A stretch of 64,000 bases of DNA. Source: Phycisphaerae bacterium. GTDB lineage: Bacteria; Planctomycetota; Phycisphaerae; WQYP01. This document shows positions 55,687-64,000 of this stretch, one piece after another. The stretch lies in contig DATKPA010000021.1 of assembly GCA_035524355.1 (NCBI GenBank), forward strand, positions 1 to 64,000, given 5' to 3'. The number at the start of each line of letters is the position of its first letter. Positions within the stretch are counted from its first letter, which is position 1. A program made the translations under genes and the position numbers. The notes beneath the pieces are model-generated. The model did not search any database. It saw only the letters and a list, made by a program, of their open reading frames with translations, and was not told the DNA's origin.

Positions 55687-56907
55687 ATGGCAGTCTTTAC
55701 CTACACCGCTCTCGCAACGGACGGTCGCTCCACCACCGGAACGATCCCCGCCGACTCGCGCTCGCAGGCGATTGCCGCCGTCATCGGCAAAGGACTGCAC
55801 CCCGTCTCCGTGGAAGAGCAAGGCAGCAGGAAAGCCAAATCCGCAGCCCCCGTCACGCCCAGCAAGGGCCGCGTCACGCAGAAACACGTGGAAGCATTCA
55901 CCCGCGAACTTGCCTCGCTGCTCGCCGGCGGCGTCCCACTTTCCCGCGCTCTCCAGCTTCTGCGCCGAGAAACCAAATCCCCCGGCCCGCAGGCACTCTG
56001 GTCGCAAATCCACGATGACGTCATCGGCGGCACCGCACTTGCCGATTCCCTCGCCCAGCACCCCAAAGTTTTCTCCTCTGTCTACGTCGCCATGGTCCGC
56101 GCCGGTGAAGCCGGCGGGTTCCTCGACGTCGTCCTCAACCAGATCGCTGAATTCCGCACCCGGGAGCAGGACCTCAAAGGCAAAGTCAAAGCCGCGATGG
56201 TCTACCCCTGCGTCCTGGGCACCCTCGCCGTCGGCGTCCTCATCTTCCTCCTCACCTTCTTCATCCCCACCTTCTCCGGCATCTTCAAAGACCTCGGCGG
56301 CTCGCTCCCCCTGCTCACGCAAATCATCATGGCCGCCAGCGACGTCGTCCTCCACTACGGCCTTTACGTCGCCCTCGTCCTCATCGCCATTGTCGTAATC
56401 GTCCAGCGCGCCGCCGCCACCGACGCCGGCCGCCGCAACATCGAAAGAGCCATCCTCGCCACCCCCGCCCTCGGCAAGGTCATCGCCTTTTTCGCGATGG
56501 TCCGCTTCTGCCGCATGCTCGGCACCCTTCTCGGCGCCGGCGTCTCCCTCATCGCTTCCCTGAAGGTCGCCAAAGAAGCCATCGGCAATCAAACCCTCTC
56601 CGACACCGTTGGTCATGGAATTGAAGAAGTGCAGCGCGGCGAATCCCTCGCCCGGGCACTCGGCCAGGCCGAGCAGCTTTTCCCGGCCTCCGTCGTCGAA
56701 ATGATCGCAATCGCCGAAGAGACCGGCCGCCTCGACAAGGAACTCGTCCGCCTCTCGATCGCGTACGAGACTGAGCTGGATCGCCACCTGCGAATACTCG
56801 TCGCACTCGCAGAACCCGCGCTCCTCTTCGTCATGGCAAGCCTCATCGGAACCGTCGTCATCGGCATGCTGCTGCCGATCTTCAATCTGCAGGAATTGAT
56901 CAAGTAA
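55687..56907 (+). CDS. gspF: type II secretion system platform protein GspF
   Basis: two GspF repeats, 3 TM. Confidence 0.9.
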   Translation: MAVFTYTALATDGRSTTGTIPADSRSQAIAAVIGKGLHPVSVEEQGSRKAKSAAPVTPSKGRVTQKHVEAFTRELASLLAGGVPLSRALQLLRRETKSPGPQALWSQIHDDVIGGTALADSLAQHPKVFSSVYVAMVRAGEAGGFLDVVLNQIAEFRTREQDLKGKVKAAMVYPCVLGTLAVGVLIFLLTFFIPTFSGIFKDLGGSLPLLTQIIMAASDVVLHYGLYVALVLIAIVVIVQRAAATDAGRRNIERAILATPALGKVIAFFAMVRFCRMLGTLLGAGVSLIASLKVAKEAIGNQTLSDTVGHGIEEVQRGESLARALGQAEQLFPASVVEMIAIAEETGRLDKELVRLSIAYETELDRHLRILVALAEPALLFVMASLIGTVVIGMLLPIFNLQELIK

Positions 56908-56952
56908 CCAGAGATGGACCTCAGCGGTCCGCGAATGCAAGGAGTCACCCAC

Positions 56953-57369
56953 ATGAGCCGTCGTCAGAATCAACGGGCATTCACCCTCATCGAGCTGCTG
57001 CTGGTGCTCGTCATTCTCGTCGTCCTCGCAACCCTGGTGCTGCCCAAGCTCACTGGCCGCTCGAAGCAGGCCAAGATCGACGCCGCCAAATCGCAGATCT
57101 CCCTCTTCGACAACGCCCTGAGCCTCTACGAAAGCGACGTTGGCAATTACCCCACCAGCCAGCAGGGCCTGCTGGCGCTCGTCGAAGCCCCCTCTGGCGT
57201 CAAAGGCTGGAAGGGCCCTTACCTCACCAAGACCTCCATCCCCAATGACCCCTGGGGCAACGCCTACATCTACGTCTGCCCCGGCCAGCACAAGCCCGAT
57301 ATGTACGACCTCTCTTCCAACGGCCCCGAAGGCAACACCGAACCGATCGACAACTGGACCACACAGTAA
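56953..57369 (+). CDS. gspG: type II secretion major pseudopilin GspG
   Basis: prepilin leader ...QRAFTLIELLLVLVIL and conserved GspG core (SQQGLLALV...KGPYL...DPWGNAY). Confidence 0.85.
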   Translation: MSRRQNQRAFTLIELLLVLVILVVLATLVLPKLTGRSKQAKIDAAKSQISLFDNALSLYESDVGNYPTSQQGLLALVEAPSGVKGWKGPYLTKTSIPNDPWGNAYIYVCPGQHKPDMYDLSSNGPEGNTEPIDNWTTQ

Positions 57370-57378
57370 ACCAATGGC

Positions 57379-57912
57379 GTGACCGGAAAACCCATGATGC
57401 GGTGGCGTGAAACAAATTCGATGGGCAGTGGCATGGCAGGTGGCTTTACGCTGCTCGAGCTCGTGCTCGTGCTTGCCGTCATCGCCGTCGCCATTTCCAT
57501 CGTCGCACCTTCCCTCTCCGGCTTCGCCAAGGGCCGCGCCACCATCAACGCCGCCGGCCTCTTCGTCTCCACCGCCCGCTGGGCCCGCGCCCAGGCCATC
57601 ACCACCGGCAATGTCTATCACCTCAACATCGACACCAGCGCCGGCAAATGGTGGCTCTCCGCCGACAACGGCAGCACCACCACGGACGTCACCAGCGATT
57701 ACGCCGCCTACACCCTTCCCGAAGGCGTCACCATGACCACCGACGCCCCCAAGGCCCAGAACTCCAATGCCCAAGCCATCGACTTCGATCCCAGCGGCCG
57801 CAGCGACCCCGCCACCGTCCATTTCTCCGGTCCCCGCAACAGCACCGCCGACGTCGCCTGCGACACCCCCGCCGACCTCTATCACGTTCTCCCCCAGAAT
57901 GGAGGACGCTGA
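57379..57912 (+). CDS. gspH: GspH-like minor pseudopilin
   Basis: GGFTLLELVLVLAVIAV prepilin N-terminus. Confidence 0.7.
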   Translation: MTGKPMMRWRETNSMGSGMAGGFTLLELVLVLAVIAVAISIVAPSLSGFAKGRATINAAGLFVSTARWARAQAITTGNVYHLNIDTSAGKWWLSADNGSTTTDVTSDYAAYTLPEGVTMTTDAPKAQNSNAQAIDFDPSGRSDPATVHFSGPRNSTADVACDTPADLYHVLPQNGGR

Positions 57913-58361
57913 TGAAATCTAATTACCAATTACCAATTACCAATTACCAGTTTCCGCGCCGCCGCGCCTTCACTCTCATCGAAACCCTCGTCGCCATCGC
58001 CATCATCGCCGCCGTCCTCCCCATCCTCCTCTCCGGCATCAGCATCGCCAATCGCGCCGCACTTCTCGCGAAACAGCGCACCCTTGCCACCACCCTCGGC
58101 GAAGCCAAGCTCAACGAACTCGTCGGCACTGATCTCTGGCAATCCGGCGCCCTCTCCGGCGACTTCGGCGATGACGCCCCCGGCTTCACCTGGAATGCCG
58201 TCGTCACCCCCTACAACGACACCGACCTCACCACCCAGGACCTGCAGGAAATCGACCTCACCGTCTCCTGGAAATCCCGCTCCGACACCCGCCAGGTCGT
58301 CCTCAGCACCCTCATCTACGCCCCCACTACCACTTCGACAACGGGAGGAACCTCGCAATGA
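57912..58361 (+). CDS. gspI: GspI-like minor pseudopilin with heptamer-repeat-encoded leader
   Basis: RAFTLIETLVAIAII prepilin N-terminus preceded by MKSNYQLPITNYQ encoded by (AATTACC)x4. Confidence 0.7.
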   Translation: MKSNYQLPITNYQFPRRRAFTLIETLVAIAIIAAVLPILLSGISIANRAALLAKQRTLATTLGEAKLNELVGTDLWQSGALSGDFGDDAPGFTWNAVVTPYNDTDLTTQDLQEIDLTVSWKSRSDTRQVVLSTLIYAPTTTSTTGGTSQ

Positions 58362-58996
58362 AACGCGCGTTCACTCTCATCGAAGTCCTCCTCGCCCTCG
58401 GCATCACCGTGATCATCGGCGCCATCCTCGCCGCCAGCCTCTGGACCGCCACCAAGGCCAGCCGCACTGCCGACGCCGCCGTCGAGGAATACCGCCAGAC
58501 CTCCACCGTCGGCGACATCCTCGAGCGCGAAATCGCCAACTGTCTCCCCCCCACCGGCCAGCTCGCCGGCCCCTTCGAAGGCCTCTCCGACGACATCCAG
58601 TTCTTCACCACCGGCCCCGAGCCCAAAGCCTCCGTCCAGGGCGACATTCGCGGAATCGAATACACCACCGCCGCTTCCAGCGGAAACACCACGGGCCAGA
58701 CCCTCATTCGCCGCGTTACCACCAACCTCCTCGCCCAGGTCGCCGTCACACCTCCCGATCAGCCCATTTGCACTGGTGTGAATACCCTCGAATTCTGGTA
58801 CTACGACGGCACCGAATGGCAGGACTCCTGGGACTCCACGCAAACCAACAACACACTCCCCATGGCCGTCAAATTCACCCTCACCCTCCTCCCCGCCAAG
58901 CAGGGCGGCCAACCCCTTACCACCACGCGTATCGTCCCCCTTTCCTGCTACAACCCCTCCGCCTCCTCCTCATCATCCACCACCGGAGGAGGCTAA
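58358..58996 (+). CDS. gspJ: GspJ-like minor pseudopilin
   Basis: MKRAFTLIEVLLALGI prepilin N-terminus. Confidence 0.7.
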   Translation: MKRAFTLIEVLLALGITVIIGAILAASLWTATKASRTADAAVEEYRQTSTVGDILEREIANCLPPTGQLAGPFEGLSDDIQFFTTGPEPKASVQGDIRGIEYTTAASSGNTTGQTLIRRVTTNLLAQVAVTPPDQPICTGVNTLEFWYYDGTEWQDSWDSTQTNNTLPMAVKFTLTLLPAKQGGQPLTTTRIVPLSCYNPSASSSSSTTGGG

Positions 58997-58997
58997 C

Positions 58998-60494
58998 ATG
59001 AATCTTCTTAATCTTAATCCTAATGTTAATCGTAATCTGAACCGCTCCCGCGGCGCCGCCCTCATCACCACCATCTGGGTGATCATCATCATCTCCGGCA
59101 TCGCGCTCATCATGTCCCGCGCCATGCGCGTCGAAACCCTCGCCAGCGCCAACCGCCTCTCGCAGCTCCAGGCGGACATGACCGAACGCGGCGCCGAGCA
59201 ATTCCTCTGCTCCGTCGTCGATCAGGAAGTCGCCACCCCCGGCTCCACCGCCACCGTCGGCATGGAAGCCCGCCAGATCGGCGACGGCTACTTCTGGGTC
59301 CTCAAAATGGATCCGAACAATCAGCAGAATCGCGCCTTCGGCCTCACCGACGAAGCCAGCAAAATCGACCTCAATACCGCCACCCTCACTACCAGCGGCG
59401 GCGGCATGCTGCAGATGCTCCCCAATATGCCCGCCGATGTCGCCTCCTCCATCTACAACTGGCGGGGTACCGGAACATCCCCCGACGGCCTTGGCGCCAC
59501 CGACCAGGACTACGAAAGCCTCCCCGACGCCTACCTCTGCAAACACGCCCCCTTCGAAACCACCGAGGAACTCCGCCTCGTCAAGGGTGTCGACGACGCG
59601 CTGCTGTTCGGTTCCGACAGAAACCGCGACGGTTATCTCGACGCAAGCGAACAGACGAGCGCCGGACCCGCCGCCTCCATTAACTCCGGCAACACTTCCG
59701 CCGTCGGGATCTTTCCCTTCGTGACCGCTTACGGCGTACAAGCAACCACGTCGACCTCCACCTCCTCCAGCAGCGGCCAGCGACTCGTCAATGTGAACCT
59801 GTCGCCCGTGGGCGGAGGGGGCGGAAGGGGCGGAGGGGCGGTTTCCCTCAACTCCACCGCCCTGCGCAATGCGCTGCAGACCGCGGGCGTTTCCAATGTG
59901 ACTGGGATTATCACAAACACGGTAACGAACGAATCCTCGGGCAGGTCCTTTAGCAGCGTGCTCGCCTGGGCGGCGACAGTGAACATGACTTCGGCCGACC
60001 TTTCCAAGGTCTACACCCAACTGACCGCCACGCCGCTCGGCGGGGCCGCGACCGCCAAGGTCGCAAAGATCAACGTCAACGACGCCCCCAAGCAGGTCCT
60101 GATGTGCCTCCCCGGCCTTGAGGAATCGGACGCCGACGCCATCATCGCCCAGCGCCAGACCACGACTTCCACCACTCCCGCCGACATCTCCTGGATGCTC
60201 GACGCCATCGCACACAACAAGCTCGCCCCCATTGGCAGTTACCTCACCGGCACCTCCACCGTCTTCTCCGGCGATATCCTCGCCATCAGCCCCGATGGCC
60301 GCGCCTTCCGCCGCTACCGCGTCGTCATCGACGGCACCAAGTCCCCCGCCTACGTCATCTATCGCCGCGACCTCACCCGCTACGGCTGGCCGCTCACCAG
60401 TGACATCCGCGATGCCCTCCGCGCCGGCAATCCCCCGCCTGACGCCAACGCCGCCGCCTCCAGTTCCAACACGCCCTTCGGACAAGGAATCTGA
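58998..60494 (+). CDS. gspK: type II secretion protein GspK
   Basis: N-terminal TM, IDLNTAT and ETTEELRLVKGV GspK motifs; N-terminus MNLLNLNPNVNRNLN encoded by TAATCNT heptamer repeats. Confidence 0.75.
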   Translation: MNLLNLNPNVNRNLNRSRGAALITTIWVIIIISGIALIMSRAMRVETLASANRLSQLQADMTERGAEQFLCSVVDQEVATPGSTATVGMEARQIGDGYFWVLKMDPNNQQNRAFGLTDEASKIDLNTATLTTSGGGMLQMLPNMPADVASSIYNWRGTGTSPDGLGATDQDYESLPDAYLCKHAPFETTEELRLVKGVDDALLFGSDRNRDGYLDASEQTSAGPAASINSGNTSAVGIFPFVTAYGVQATTSTSTSSSSGQRLVNVNLSPVGGGGGRGGGAVSLNSTALRNALQTAGVSNVTGIITNTVTNESSGRSFSSVLAWAATVNMTSADLSKVYTQLTATPLGGAATAKVAKINVNDAPKQVLMCLPGLEESDADAIIAQRQTTTSTTPADISWMLDAIAHNKLAPIGSYLTGTSTVFSGDILAISPDGRAFRRYRVVIDGTKSPAYVIYRRDLTRYGWPLTSDIRDALRAGNPPPDANAAASSSNTPFGQGI

Positions 60495-60499
60495 CCATC

Positions 60500-61918
60500 G
60501 TGAAACGACGCAACGGAAAAATTCTCGGCCTCGCCATCGGCCAAAAAAGCATCCTCATCGCCGAGGTCGGCGGAAAGGCCGGCGCCTGGTCCGTCCATCA
60601 CGTCGCCGAATTTCACTACCCCGAGAACGCCGACCTCGAAAAACCCGTCGAACTCGGACAGGCCCTTCGCGCCTTGCTCAAATCAGAAAGGTTCTCCACC
60701 CGCGACGCCGTCATCGGCCTCCCCGCCAAACGCCTCGTCACCCGCCGCAAAGAAGTTCCTCCCGCCAGCGCCGCCGTCGCCGCCAGCACACTCCGCCTCC
60801 AGGCCGAAAGCGAATTCTCCACCGAAACCGACACCCTCACGATGGACTTCGCCGGCGACACCAGCCCGTCTGAGCCCACCGCCGTCCTTCTCGTCGCCGC
60901 AACGCGCGAGTGCATCGCCCAGTGCGAATCCATGGCCCACGCTGCCGGATTGAAACTCCTCGGCATCACCTCCACCGGTACCGCTCTTGGCCGCGCGACC
61001 AGCCGCGTCCCTGGTGGCAACGGAGTCGTCGTCAACCTCGCCCCGGGCGGTTCCGAACTCATCGTCCAGCACGGCGATTCCCCCACGGCGCTTCGTCACC
61101 TCAACATGGGCGATAGACCCTCCGCCGAATCCCTCGGACTCCTCGCCGGCGAAATCCGCCGCAGCGTCGCCGCCCTCCCCCGCAATGGCTCCCCACTCAC
61201 CCTCGCCATCTGGGAGCACGACAGCAACAAAGGCCCCGGCAGCACCCGAAACCTCCTCGAAGAACGCCTCAGCATGCCCGTCGCCACGCCCGAACTCCAT
61301 GCCCTCACATCGGCAAAGGCCGACGCCCCCAATCAATTCGCCCCCGCCATCGCCATCGCAATCGTCTCGCTCGAAGCCGATCGCCTTCCCGTCGACTTCC
61401 TCGATTCCCGACTCGCCCCTCCCCCACCGCCCACCAACAGCCGTCGCATCGCCTGGGGTGTCGCGTTCGGCCTCCTCGCCCTCATCGTCATCGGCGCCTC
61501 GCTCTACGATCTCAACAGCAAGCAGCAGCAACTCGACTCCGACCGCGCCTATCTCAAATCCCACGCCGATCAAATCAAGCAGGTCAAGACCGAGCAGGCC
61601 CGCCGCGACACCGTCCGCAACTTCAACCCCGGCACCCCGCGCATGGTCGCCTGCCTCCGCGATGTCACCACCGTCTTCCCCGACGAGAACTCCATCTACG
61701 CCACCAGCATCAACCTCACCCCGCAAGCCGACGGCACTTACAAGGGCCAGCTCGCCGGCAAGGCCGCCAACGAACAGAACATCCAGCAGCTCACCGCCCG
61801 CATGAGCGGCAACAAAAACTTCTCCAACGTCTCCAACCCCGATACCCGCCGCGACAACAACCGCGGCACCGACGAATTCACCTTCTCCATCTCCTTCATC
61901 TACCACCCGACGGAGTAA
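60500..61918 (+). CDS. gspL: GspL-like type II secretion protein (cytoplasmic actin-like + TM + periplasmic domain)
   Basis: domain order and position between gspK and gspM; GTG start. Confidence 0.65.
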   Translation: MKRRNGKILGLAIGQKSILIAEVGGKAGAWSVHHVAEFHYPENADLEKPVELGQALRALLKSERFSTRDAVIGLPAKRLVTRRKEVPPASAAVAASTLRLQAESEFSTETDTLTMDFAGDTSPSEPTAVLLVAATRECIAQCESMAHAAGLKLLGITSTGTALGRATSRVPGGNGVVVNLAPGGSELIVQHGDSPTALRHLNMGDRPSAESLGLLAGEIRRSVAALPRNGSPLTLAIWEHDSNKGPGSTRNLLEERLSMPVATPELHALTSAKADAPNQFAPAIAIAIVSLEADRLPVDFLDSRLAPPPPPTNSRRIAWGVAFGLLALIVIGASLYDLNSKQQQLDSDRAYLKSHADQIKQVKTEQARRDTVRNFNPGTPRMVACLRDVTTVFPDENSIYATSINLTPQADGTYKGQLAGKAANEQNIQQLTARMSGNKNFSNVSNPDTRRDNNRGTDEFTFSISFIYHPTE

Positions 61919-61921
61919 CCC

Positions 61922-62506
61922 GTGGCTCTCAATAAGCGCGAAAAAAACATCGCAACCATCCTCGGCGCAGTCCTCGGCGGCTACCTCGTCTACGCCTACG
62001 CCATCGACCCCTACCTCGCCACCATGGACCAGATCAAAAAAGATCAGACCGCCGCCACCGCCCAGCTCAATCTCGCCCATCACCTCTTCACCAACCGCAA
62101 GAGCGTCAAAGACGAATGGGATGTGATGATCGCCAACGGGCTTGCAAGCACCCCCTCCGCCGCCGAACTCCGCGTCCTCCCCGAGATCAGCCGCTGGGCG
62201 CAAAACCGCAACGTCCATATCGACTCCCACAAAACGGACGCCGCCTCCCAGACCGGCGATTTCCAGCAGATGCGAATCACCATCACGGGCTCCGGCAATA
62301 TGTCCAGCATCTGGCGACTCCTCGCCGATATTGAAACATCCAGGCTGCCCATCCAGATCAGCGACTGCCGAATTTCCTCCAAAAAAGCCGATGGCTCCGA
62401 CGACCTCTCCGTCCAACTCACCGTCAACACCCTCATCTTCTCCCCGCTCCAATCCACCACCAAACCCAACGACAAGAAACCGAACGCCGCCGGAGACGCA
62501 ATATGA
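61922..62506 (+). CDS. gspM: GspM-like type II secretion protein
   Basis: single N-terminal TM, ~190 aa, position. Confidence 0.55.
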   Translation: MALNKREKNIATILGAVLGGYLVYAYAIDPYLATMDQIKKDQTAATAQLNLAHHLFTNRKSVKDEWDVMIANGLASTPSAAELRVLPEISRWAQNRNVHIDSHKTDAASQTGDFQQMRITITGSGNMSSIWRLLADIETSRLPIQISDCRISSKKADGSDDLSVQLTVNTLIFSPLQSTTKPNDKKPNAAGDAI

Positions 62507-63168
62507 TCCCCCATCTCCTCCCTTCCTCCTCCCTCCAACAACGCCCGCCGGCTCAGCCGGCGCGGGGCACTGTGCGCGCATTCATCGCCACAGCCCTCCT
62601 CACCACCCTCGCCCTCGCCCTCCCCGTGCGCGCCGCCTCCACCCTCCCCTCCGACTACTACGATATCCTCAACCGCAAGAATATCTTCTCCAAAAACCGC
62701 ATCATTCCACGCCGCGATGAAGGCCCCACCCGTCCGCGCGGCCCCCAGGTGCACAAGGTCTACACCCCCGTCCTCATCGGCGCCATGCTCGAAGACGACG
62801 GTTACGTCGCCTTCATCGTCGATCCCGAATCACACAACATCGTCACCGCGCGCTCCGGAGACGTCCTCCCCAGCAACGCCGGCACCCTTAAGGAAGTCAC
62901 GCTCGATTACATCGTCACCGACCCCGGCAAGGGCAAACCCGCGAACAAGGTCCTTCTCGGCCAGAACATCCTCGGCGGCGCCGCGGAATACCCCGACTCC
63001 GACAATGCCAGCGCTTCCTCGGGTGACAGTGGCAGCGCTCCATCGGCCAACCCCGACAACCACGGTGAGGCCGGCACTCAACCCGCCGGCCCCGCACCCG
63101 CCGGCGGCAGCGTCGATGATATTACAGAACGCCTCCGAAAACGCCGGCAGGCCCAGTTGGGAAAGTAA
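62503..63168 (+). CDS. hypothetical secreted protein (GspC/GspN position)
   Basis: signal peptide, Pro/Ser-rich C-terminus; immediately upstream of secretin. Confidence 0.45.
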   Translation: MIPHLLPSSSLQQRPPAQPARGTVRAFIATALLTTLALALPVRAASTLPSDYYDILNRKNIFSKNRIIPRRDEGPTRPRGPQVHKVYTPVLIGAMLEDDGYVAFIVDPESHNIVTARSGDVLPSNAGTLKEVTLDYIVTDPGKGKPANKVLLGQNILGGAAEYPDSDNASASSGDSGSAPSANPDNHGEAGTQPAGPAPAGGSVDDITERLRKRRQAQLGK

Positions 63169-63224
63169 CGCCAGGATAATAATCCCGTCCAGGCTTTTTA
63201 GAATCGCCCCCTCAAGGAGTACTC

Positions 63225-64000
63225 ATGCACACGTTGGCACGCCGTTCGGCCGCGCTCACCTCTTCAGCTCTTCTCAGCCTTGCCATATCGGCGGCGCTCG
63301 CCCAGTCCACGCCCGACGCATCCGTGCCCACCACCGCCTCCGCGCCCTCCATTTCCAATAGCACCGAAAACGCCCCCGCCACCCAGCCCGCCTCCACCAA
63401 TCCCTCCCAGCGCCAGAGAAACAACATCACCCCCTCCAAACGCGTCCGCTTCGTCTTCCAGGATGCCCCCGTCGAATCCGTCCTCACCTACCTCTCCGAA
63501 GCCCTCGACTTCATCGTCGTCAAACAAGGCCACATCGACGGCCGCGTCACCATCATGTCCAAGAACGACGTCACCGGCCAGGAAGCCGTCGACGCTCTCA
63601 ACACCGTCCTCAAACCGCTCAACTTCACCATCCAGCAGAACGGCCGCGTCCTCAGCATCGTCTCCCTCGAAAAAGGCCGCCAGGCCGCTCCCGTCTTCAA
63701 CGGCAGCGATCCCGAAACCATCCCCATCTCCGATTCCATCCGTACCCAGGTCATGCCCGTCGGAACCGTCGACGCCACCAAGCTCAAAAACGACCTCCAG
63801 CCCATTCTCAATCCCGACGCCACCGTCACCGCCAACCAGGGCGCCAACGCCATCATCGTCACCGACACCTCCGCCAACATTCACCGCCTCGCCGAAATTA
63901 TCGCCGCCCTCGACGCGCACAAAGAATCCGTCTCCGACATCCGCATCTTCAAACTGAAAAACGCCAACGCCACAGCCACCGCTAAGCTCATCAACGACGT
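63225..64000 (+). CDS. gspD: type II secretion secretin GspD (5' partial, runs off window)
   Basis: signal peptide then secretin N0/N1 domain repeats (DVTGQEAVDALNTVL..., VVTDTSANIHRLAEIIAALD). Confidence 0.8.
   Translation, partial: MHTLARRSAALTSSALLSLAISAALAQSTPDASVPTTASAPSISNSTENAPATQPASTNPSQRQRNNITPSKRVRFVFQDAPVESVLTYLSEALDFIVVKQGHIDGRVTIMSKNDVTGQEAVDALNTVLKPLNFTIQQNGRVLSIVSLEKGRQAAPVFNGSDPETIPISDSIRTQVMPVGTVDATKLKNDLQPILNPDATVTANQGANAIIVTDTSANIHRLAEIIAALDAHKESVSDIRIFKLKNANATATAKLIND

Noticed and set aside
1-64000. CRISPR arrays, rRNA genes, and canonical rho-independent terminators
   Set aside because: No regularly spaced direct repeats with unique spacers were found. The heptamer arrays are contiguous tandem repeats without spacers. 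No 16S/23S/5S signatures were seen. GC-rich hairpins after genes generally lack a following T-run, so no terminators were called.

Overview
High-GC (~62-65%) bacterial chromosome segment, with gene content and pilin leaders resembling Planctomycetes/Verrucomicrobia-like lineages. The defining feature is a co-oriented 30-gene tRNA array on the minus strand (7868-12504) that covers all 20 amino acids by anticodon. I folded these by hand, and several are non-canonical: four tRNA-Leu-like genes lack the long variable arm, one Ser-like tRNA carries a Cys anticodon, three have C33, three have G55, and one Thr-like copy has a broken acceptor stem. The array has an embedded HNH endonuclease gene and a small zinc-ribbon gene, and is flanked and interspersed with repeat families. 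The repeat families are a GTGG-CATGGGC-N5-GCCCATG hairpin and hairpins whose arms are tandem heptamers. Directly upstream of the array on the same strand is rtcR (CARF plus sigma-54 activator). Beyond it lie a second tRNA-Asn, an SPFH gene, tRNA-Gln, a ~0.7 kb AT-rich island encoding a protein with a HEPN-like RNKLAH motif, and rtcB (RNA ligase). Together these form a tRNA damage/repair-themed neighbourhood. Elsewhere the window has spoVR, a RAYT transposase flanked by inverted REP hairpins, pgm, an ArnT-like glycosyltransferase with in-frame TDIT repeat insertions, and a large Pmp-repeat adhesin. There is a metzincin / peptidoglycan-binding / LysM operon, recA, a sugar-acid catabolic cluster (uxaC, gnd, dehydrogenases), and a MacB-like ABC exporter with a MITE-like element between its two genes. 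It also carries a type IV pilus cluster (pilB/T/C/M/N/O), gcvTH, and a type II secretion cluster (gspE-F-G-H-I-J-K-L-M-?-D, truncated at the window end). No rRNA or CRISPR was seen. All tRNA calls are manual and need tRNAscan-SE/ARAGORN confirmation.
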